Virus record (IMG/VR): IMGVR_UViG_3300045988_165036
Location: 1-64,000 of that record
Direction: 5' to 3' (one strand)
From: a virus
Length of the DNA: 64,000 nt
Part shown: positions 59,008-64,000 of the stretch, one piece after another
Layout: every line of letters begins with the position of its first letter
Position numbering within the stretch: the stretch's first letter is position 1
Made by a program: the position numbers and the translations under genes
Notes under the pieces: model-generated
Seen by the model: only the letters and a program-made list of their open reading frames with translations
The model's database searches: none
Told to the model about the DNA's origin: nothing

Positions 59008-60240
59008 ATGAATAAGAAAAGGTTGAAGATTTCGGTTTATGCGATTATGAAGGATGAGGAGCAATTCTTTGAACGTTGGATCGAGTCAATGTGGGATAAT
59101 GGAGAGGGGGCAGATGAGATTTGTGTTCTTGATACCGGGTCGAAAGATGGTTGGAAAGAGGCATTATATGCTTCCGCTCGTAAATTCGAGATTCCGACAA
59201 ATAACCTGATTCTTGATCAAAAGAGATATTCTCCTTGGAGATTTGACACTCCTCGCAATGACAGTATGAAACTGATTTCGGACGATGCTGATATTTGTAT
59301 TTGCACGGATTTGGATGAGGTCCTGAAACCCGGTTGGGGAACGGAACTTCGACGGGTTGCGGAAGAGAATCTGACAGCGGGTCAGATTTATTACTATTAT
59401 GCTTGGAGCAGCGATGAAGTGACAGGAGATGCGAAACGGTATTTTTGGTATAACAAGTGTCACCGTCACCCGAAATTCGGAGTTGAATGGAAATACCCTG
59501 TTCACGAAACATTAACATATACAGATGAGTATAACGCAATGTTTCCGGACAGCGCGAGAATGACTGATAAGACAATCTGGCTGTGGCATTACCCGGATCA
59601 GACGAAGAGTCGCGGAAGTTATCTTGGGCTTCTTGAGCTTCGTGCGCAGGAGTCTCCGGATGATATGTATGGACTGTATTACCTCGCCCGCGAATATACT
59701 TTCCGTGAAATGTGGGATAAAGCAATTCAATGGGGTTCGTATCTGCTTGCTCGAATCAAGTCAACGGGAAACGATGATATGCTGATGGAGCCTGCGTTGT
59801 ATGTTCTGCTTGGAGAAAGTTACGATAAAATTGGCGCGAATGATGATTGTGAATTCTGTTATCGAGAATCAATCAAGTTGCACCCGACATACCGCGACGC
59901 ATATATTCGACTGGCACAGAAACTCGCATACTCCAACCATCCTGCGGAATGTTTCGAAGTTCTGAAGGAGATGGATGAAAAGTCCGCCAGGGTTCAGGAC
60001 TGGAGAAATCTGGACTATATGTGGAGAAATTGGAAGGTCGGTCAAATTAAGGCGGATGCATTGATGTGGATGGGCAGATACGCAGAAGCCGCTGTCGAGA
60101 TGAGATCGGCACTTTATGATATCCAATCAGATGATGATAGGCGCGAAGCACAGCAAGAAGGGTTTTACGGAGACCTGAAATTTTTGCAGGAAGAACTGAA
60201 AAAGCGTTTCCCTGATCTTGTAAAAACAGTTGAAATTTAG
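59008..60240 (+). CDS. Glycosyltransferase (GT2-like) with C-terminal TPR-like repeats
   Basis: ATG 59008 follows AAAGGAG. The N-terminus ISVYAIMKDEEQFFERWIES...ICVLDTGSKDG and the segment TDLDE (DxD) fit GT2. The C-terminal helical repeats resemble TPR. Confidence 0.5.
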   Translation: MNKKRLKISVYAIMKDEEQFFERWIESMWDNGEGADEICVLDTGSKDGWKEALYASARKFEIPTNNLILDQKRYSPWRFDTPRNDSMKLISDDADICICTDLDEVLKPGWGTELRRVAEENLTAGQIYYYYAWSSDEVTGDAKRYFWYNKCHRHPKFGVEWKYPVHETLTYTDEYNAMFPDSARMTDKTIWLWHYPDQTKSRGSYLGLLELRAQESPDDMYGLYYLAREYTFREMWDKAIQWGSYLLARIKSTGNDDMLMEPALYVLLGESYDKIGANDDCEFCYRESIKLHPTYRDAYIRLAQKLAYSNHPAECFEVLKEMDEKSARVQDWRNLDYMWRNWKVGQIKADALMWMGRYAEAAVEMRSALYDIQSDDDRREAQQEGFYGDLKFLQEELKKRFPDLVKTVEI

Positions 60241-60260
60241 GAAAATCAGGATGTAATATA

Positions 60261-60291
60261 AAAAAGAGGGGATTGTACCCCTCTTTTTTTT
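60261..60291 (+). terminator. Rho-independent terminator
   Basis: AAAAAGAGGGG / CCCCTCTTTTT hairpin followed by a T-run. Confidence 0.85.
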
Positions 60292-60346
60292 GTGCGTTTT
60301 AGCAAAATAAATAAAAGTGGGTTTTTATTTTTATTTTCAAAACCTC

Positions 60347-60375
60347 TTGACAAAAATGGGTTTTTGTGGTATACT
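60347..60375 (+). promoter_or_regulatory. Sigma-70/SigA-type promoter (TTGACA-17-TGgTATACT)
   Basis: -35 at 60347-52, -10 TATACT at 60370-75. Confidence 0.7.
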
Positions 60376-60429
60376 ATGCTCAAGGCAGAGACCTGCTAAC
60401 ATCATATTATTGTAAAGGAGTTAGAAAAA

Positions 60430-61026
60430 TTGAAGGCAATTTTACCTGAAAACAAGAACACCGGGTTCAGCCCAAATCGAAAGCATAGAAGAGATATGCT
60501 TCAAACGTTAAATCGAAAGGCGAAGCGTCCGCTGACCAAAGATGAGTTCGAGCAGTTTTTGATGGTTCAGAGACTCCGTCACGGAGATGTGCGAGATGAA
60601 GACATTCGCAAGATGGCAGATGGTGGCGTTGCACATTACGACAATCCAGATAAGTTTCCGAACGGAATTGAGGTCCGGCTGAATTATGCAGAGATTTCGC
60701 AAAGAAAGCGGGAGGACTTCCGAGAAGAGTATTGGCAGTGGATCGAAGAGCATAAAGATGGCGTGTTCCATCTTGATCGTGAGGAAAACGCAAGCTCGCT
60801 TGTTTGTCTCGCGGAAGATGAAAGATATCGCGAGATGGACGGAGAAAGGGTTCGGATTCCGAGATGGGAGTTTGACTTGTTTGCGGACCTGCTCGTAAAA
60901 AACGATGAGGGGGAATTCGTGTCTCCGTGGGACATTCCTGATAGCACAGAAGATTTTGTGTCGGCTGAGGAATTGACGAAGCAGCTTGATGACAACAAGG
61001 AGGAAGTTGGAAATGTCGATAATTGA
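60430..61026 (+). CDS. Hypothetical protein
   Basis: TTG start 10 nt after AAGGAG. 198 aa, charged. Confidence 0.4.
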   Translation: MKAILPENKNTGFSPNRKHRRDMLQTLNRKAKRPLTKDEFEQFLMVQRLRHGDVRDEDIRKMADGGVAHYDNPDKFPNGIEVRLNYAEISQRKREDFREEYWQWIEEHKDGVFHLDREENASSLVCLAEDERYREMDGERVRIPRWEFDLFADLLVKNDEGEFVSPWDIPDSTEDFVSAEELTKQLDDNKEEVGNVDN

Positions 61027-61651
61027 GTATAATAAGATTGAAACTGTTTATCGCCGAGACGAAAAGACGAAAAAGCTCGTTATCGGAGAATTTACTAATC
61101 CAACGATTGAGTTTTGTAAAGATCTCCCATGGACTTTTACGGAGAAAGTTGACGGATCGAATGTGAGGATTTTTTGGGACGGACACACCGTAACGTTTGG
61201 CGGTCGTACAGATAAAGCACAGATGCCGACGGCTCTTATCAATCGGTTGAATGAGCTTTTTGGCGGCGAAGCAAACGCACAGTTGTTCGAGCAGAAGTTC
61301 GGTGAAACCGAAGTCATCCTTTTTGGAGAGGGATATGGTCCGAAGATTCAGAACGGCGGCGGTTATCGCAACGATGTCGATTTTATTATTTTCGATGCGA
61401 TGATTGCGGGTAATTATCAGCCCCGCTCGTCGGTCGAAGACATTGCGCAGTATTTCGGAATTGACATTGTTCCAATCGTTCTGGAAGGGACAATTGCAGA
61501 AGGAGTAGATTATGTGCTTCATAATCGTAAGAGTCTGATTGCAAAAAATGGTGCGCTGATTGAAGGTTTGGTCGGAAAACCGAAGATTGAGCTTCGAGAC
61601 AGAATCGGCAAGAGACTGATTTGCAAAATCAAATTCAAAGATTTTGAGTAA
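61013..61651 (+). CDS. RNA ligase family protein (KxDG nucleotidyltransferase)
   Basis: ATG 61013 follows AAGGAGGAAG. Motif I reads FTEKVDGSNVRI. About 212 aa, similar in architecture to small Rnl-type ligases. Confidence 0.55.
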   Translation: MSIIEYNKIETVYRRDEKTKKLVIGEFTNPTIEFCKDLPWTFTEKVDGSNVRIFWDGHTVTFGGRTDKAQMPTALINRLNELFGGEANAQLFEQKFGETEVILFGEGYGPKIQNGGGYRNDVDFIIFDAMIAGNYQPRSSVEDIAQYFGIDIVPIVLEGTIAEGVDYVLHNRKSLIAKNGALIEGLVGKPKIELRDRIGKRLICKIKFKDFE

Positions 61652-61669
61652 AAATTTTTTGAAAACCAC

Positions 61670-61698
61670 TTGACAAAAGATATTGAGTGTGTTATACT
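61670..61698 (+). promoter_or_regulatory. Sigma-70/SigA-type promoter (TTGACA-17-TGtTATACT)
   Basis: -35 at 61670-75, -10 at 61693-98. Confidence 0.7.
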
Positions 61699-61764
61699 AT
61701 TATTGCAGTGGAGAAACCACGCAAAATAAACGAAAATTTTAATTAATGAAATGGAGTTTTAACA

Positions 61765-62883
61765 ATGGCAGCAACATTTGAATTCATAGGAAAACTGAAG
61801 AAAATCGAAAAAGAAACTGAGAAATTCAAAGCATTTGAAGAAAAGCATTATGATTCTGGTTGGACCAATCAGACTTTCAAGTTCAACGCAGTCAACGACA
61901 GCAACTCACACATTATGCAGGTTCGGGCCGGATTCTGGAGCAAGACAGACGGGTCTGTTGACGTAAGTAAGATGAAGATTTATACGCAGTCGAAGGCGGA
62001 GGGTGGTGCAAAGAGTCAGCAGATGGAAGTGGCGTTTGCAGACAGAGCAAATCCCGAGGTTCTTTCTCGCGTAGCATATTTCCGCAAATTCGGCATCAAC
62101 CTTAATGCGCCCGGGGAGGCGAAGGATTCTTCGAAAGACCTCGAGTTTGTTTTTGAGGGCGATTTTATGACCGCGCTCCGTAAGTTGATGGACAATCCGA
62201 AGTTTATGGAGCGTCGAGTAAAGATTAAGGGAACGATGAACATTCAGTATGGAGAAAGTACTGGCGTGTTTTACCGCACATTTGTTCCATCTCGTATCTG
62301 GTTTGCTTCTGATGACGAGAAAGATATGATGAGACTCTCTCTCGATTTGGTTTATGGTCCCGACGCAATTGACGATGGTGATGACGGCGTTCTTCGCGTA
62401 AACTGCCATCACAGATACTATGATATGAATTATCGCAAGGATGTTTGCAAAGGTCAGGTGACTTGTCCCATTCAGTTTGTCGTGAGGGATTCAAAGATTT
62501 TCGATCTTGTGCGTCGCAGATTTACTAATTTCCCTGATGAATGCACCTTTGCGAAAGCGGATGTGGTGCTCGACGTAATCAACAGAACAGAAATGGTGTC
62601 TATAACATATGATGACCTTTCTGACGAAGCAAAAGAGAATATTGATTTCGGTCTTTCTACTCTTGAAGATGAGATTCGTCTTGCGGGGGGGACGGTGTTT
62701 GGAGATCGTGTGACGGAGCTGCGCTTTGCAAGCTCGAGAAATATTCAGGGAACTGCGTATGAGGCGGAAGACCTGCTCCCCCCGAGGCACGATTATGCAG
62801 ACAAGACTGAGGATACGAAGAGCGATCTTTCGACGGATAAGAAGGCTGACGATGAAGACTTTGACCTCTTCGGGGATCTTTAA
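61765..62883 (+). CDS. ssDNA-binding-protein-like protein with an acidic C-terminal tip
   Basis: 372 aa. The C-terminus ...DKKADDEDFDLFGDL resembles SSB/gp2.5-type acidic tails. Lies upstream of a recombination-type ATPase. Confidence 0.35.
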   Translation: MAATFEFIGKLKKIEKETEKFKAFEEKHYDSGWTNQTFKFNAVNDSNSHIMQVRAGFWSKTDGSVDVSKMKIYTQSKAEGGAKSQQMEVAFADRANPEVLSRVAYFRKFGINLNAPGEAKDSSKDLEFVFEGDFMTALRKLMDNPKFMERRVKIKGTMNIQYGESTGVFYRTFVPSRIWFASDDEKDMMRLSLDLVYGPDAIDDGDDGVLRVNCHHRYYDMNYRKDVCKGQVTCPIQFVVRDSKIFDLVRRRFTNFPDECTFAKADVVLDVINRTEMVSITYDDLSDEAKENIDFGLSTLEDEIRLAGGTVFGDRVTELRFASSRNIQGTAYEAEDLLPPRHDYADKTEDTKSDLSTDKKADDEDFDLFGDL

Positions 62884-62913
62884 TTTGGCGAGAAATAAGA
62901 GAGGGGAATAATT

Positions 62914-63999
62914 ATGGCAAGACGCGGAAGAATTTGTGAAATGAAAAGAAAGTTTGAAGATTATGATTATGTAATTCTTGGTGTAGGCGGCATTGGTAAG
63001 ACAACGCTCGCGCATGAAGTTGGCAAGAAGATTGCTGGAAGTGACGAAGGAACTTTTATTATTACCTGTGGCGCCGAAAACGAACCAATGCACATTAATG
63101 GGGCGTTTGGAGAGACTGATAAAACCTTTGAGGAACTGGTTGAATGCGTAAATTATCTTTGCGAACATAAAGATGAATATCCACACACTAAGTTTGTTGC
63201 AATTGATTCGCTCGATGAGCTTGTGAGAATTGCGTGCGATTATGTGGTTCGCGAATGGAACAGATTGTGTGAGAAGGCAGGTAAGCCGGAAGACAAGTGT
63301 AAGAGCGTGGCGCAGGCCTATAAGGGGTTCCAAAAGGGAGAGGATCGCGCCATAGATCTGATTATTAAGCAGATCGTAAAACTGAAGGATTCCGGATACC
63401 ATCTTCTTTACATTGGCCACACGAAGGTAAAGAGTTCCACTGATGTTATGCAAGATAACACCAAATTTGATCAGCTCACGTGTAGCGTTCAGCCGAAGTT
63501 CTATAATGCAATCAAAGATAAGGCAAACCTCGCTGTGATGTGTTATTTTGAGAACGAGATTGTTGGCGTTAAAGAAGAAAAGAACCCGTTCAATAAGAAG
63601 ATGGAAAAGAAGGGTACTCTCGTGAATAAAAAGAGAGTTATGCTTTTTACAGACGATTCTAATACTGTTGATACGAAGACTCATTTTGAGTATATTGTCA
63701 ACAAGGCAGATATGAGCGCCGACAATCTTATTGAGGCGGTCGAGGATGCGATTGCCGCAAAACTTGCCGCTCCTGTTGGGGCGCATAAGTCGCCTGAAAT
63801 GGTCGAAATGGCAATGTCTGCGTCCGAGTCTTCTTCCGATGAAGACCTCGACTCAACAGACGATGCCTCTGGCGTTGACGACCTCGACCCAGACACTTCC
63901 AACGTCGATCTCGATATGGACAATGCGGACACTGCTCCGACCATCGACAATCTTCGCGCGGAGATTCAGGGAAAGCTTCGTACAGCAAGCGCAGAGGTG
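62914..63999 (+). CDS. AAA ATPase, Sak4/AAA_24-like (3' end outside window)
   Basis: I translated this by hand and found it open from ATG 62914 to the window edge. It is absent from the ORF track, presumably because no stop lies inside the window. Walker A is VILGVGGIGKTTLA and Walker B-like is KFVAIDSLDE. The 431-aa minus-strand ORF 62491-63786 is its antisense shadow. Confidence 0.65.
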   Translation, partial: MARRGRICEMKRKFEDYDYVILGVGGIGKTTLAHEVGKKIAGSDEGTFIITCGAENEPMHINGAFGETDKTFEELVECVNYLCEHKDEYPHTKFVAIDSLDELVRIACDYVVREWNRLCEKAGKPEDKCKSVAQAYKGFQKGEDRAIDLIIKQIVKLKDSGYHLLYIGHTKVKSSTDVMQDNTKFDQLTCSVQPKFYNAIKDKANLAVMCYFENEIVGVKEEKNPFNKKMEKKGTLVNKKRVMLFTDDSNTVDTKTHFEYIVNKADMSADNLIEAVEDAIAAKLAAPVGAHKSPEMVEMAMSASESSSDEDLDSTDDASGVDDLDPDTSNVDLDMDNADTAPTIDNLRAEIQGKLRTASAEV

Positions 64000-64000
64000 A

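Noticed and set aside
60467-63786. Long minus-strand ORFs (60467-61669, 400 aa; 62491-63786, 431 aa). Others elsewhere include 5301-6086, 2263-2982, 10344-10973, 12673-13284 and 21215-21769.
   Set aside because: All lie antisense to + strand genes that have RBSs and recognisable motifs. Their translations are low-complexity and rich in R/S/F/L, with no RBS, so they are shadow ORFs.
1-64000. A scan for CRISPR arrays, tRNA/rRNA genes, reverse transcriptase/DGR and TnpA.
   Set aside because: None was seen. The only regularly recurring short repeats are the promoter family, the G-X-Y codon repeats and intron helices such as AGTGGTGG at 32516 and 32536.

Overview
The window is one contiguous piece of a tailed dsDNA phage or prophage genome. 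Every credible gene is on the + strand; all long minus-strand ORFs look like antisense shadows. Gene order: end of the terminase large subunit, portal, scaffold/protease-like protein, major capsid, head-tail and tail genes, a giant tape-measure protein (about 4,256 aa after conceptual splicing), and baseplate/fibre genes. A nucleotide-metabolism and replication module follows: dUTPase, NrdH-NrdD-NrdG, an FTR-like Cys protein, RNA ligase, an SSB-like protein and an AAA ATPase. GGAGG-type RBSs and five near-identical TTGACA-N17-TAtAaT promoters (four with an extended -10 TGn) suggest a Firmicutes-type host (inference only). The most unusual property is the load of self-splicing and selfish elements inside essential late genes. 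(1) Three related group I introns: an ORF-less 219-nt intron in terL, and two introns in the tape-measure gene separated by a 24-nt micro-exon. The second tape-measure intron carries a nuclease-less protein made of five Myb/SANT-like repeats. (2) A TnpA-less IscB (OMEGA) RNA-guided nuclease gene, with a structured omega-RNA-like region upstream, sits between baseplate genes. (3) Two free-standing homing-endonuclease-like genes; one is a frameshifted HNH-AP2 gene between nrdD and nrdG. (4) A tyrosine recombinase sits inside the tail-fibre block. Other points: a PD-(D/E)xK nuclease-like domain inside the tape-measure protein, two virion-module metallophosphoesterases, and a nested palindrome just downstream of a strong promoter. 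No tRNA, rRNA or CRISPR array was seen. All functional calls come from motif recognition by eye. No database search was run, and intron boundaries are predictions with a few nt of uncertainty.
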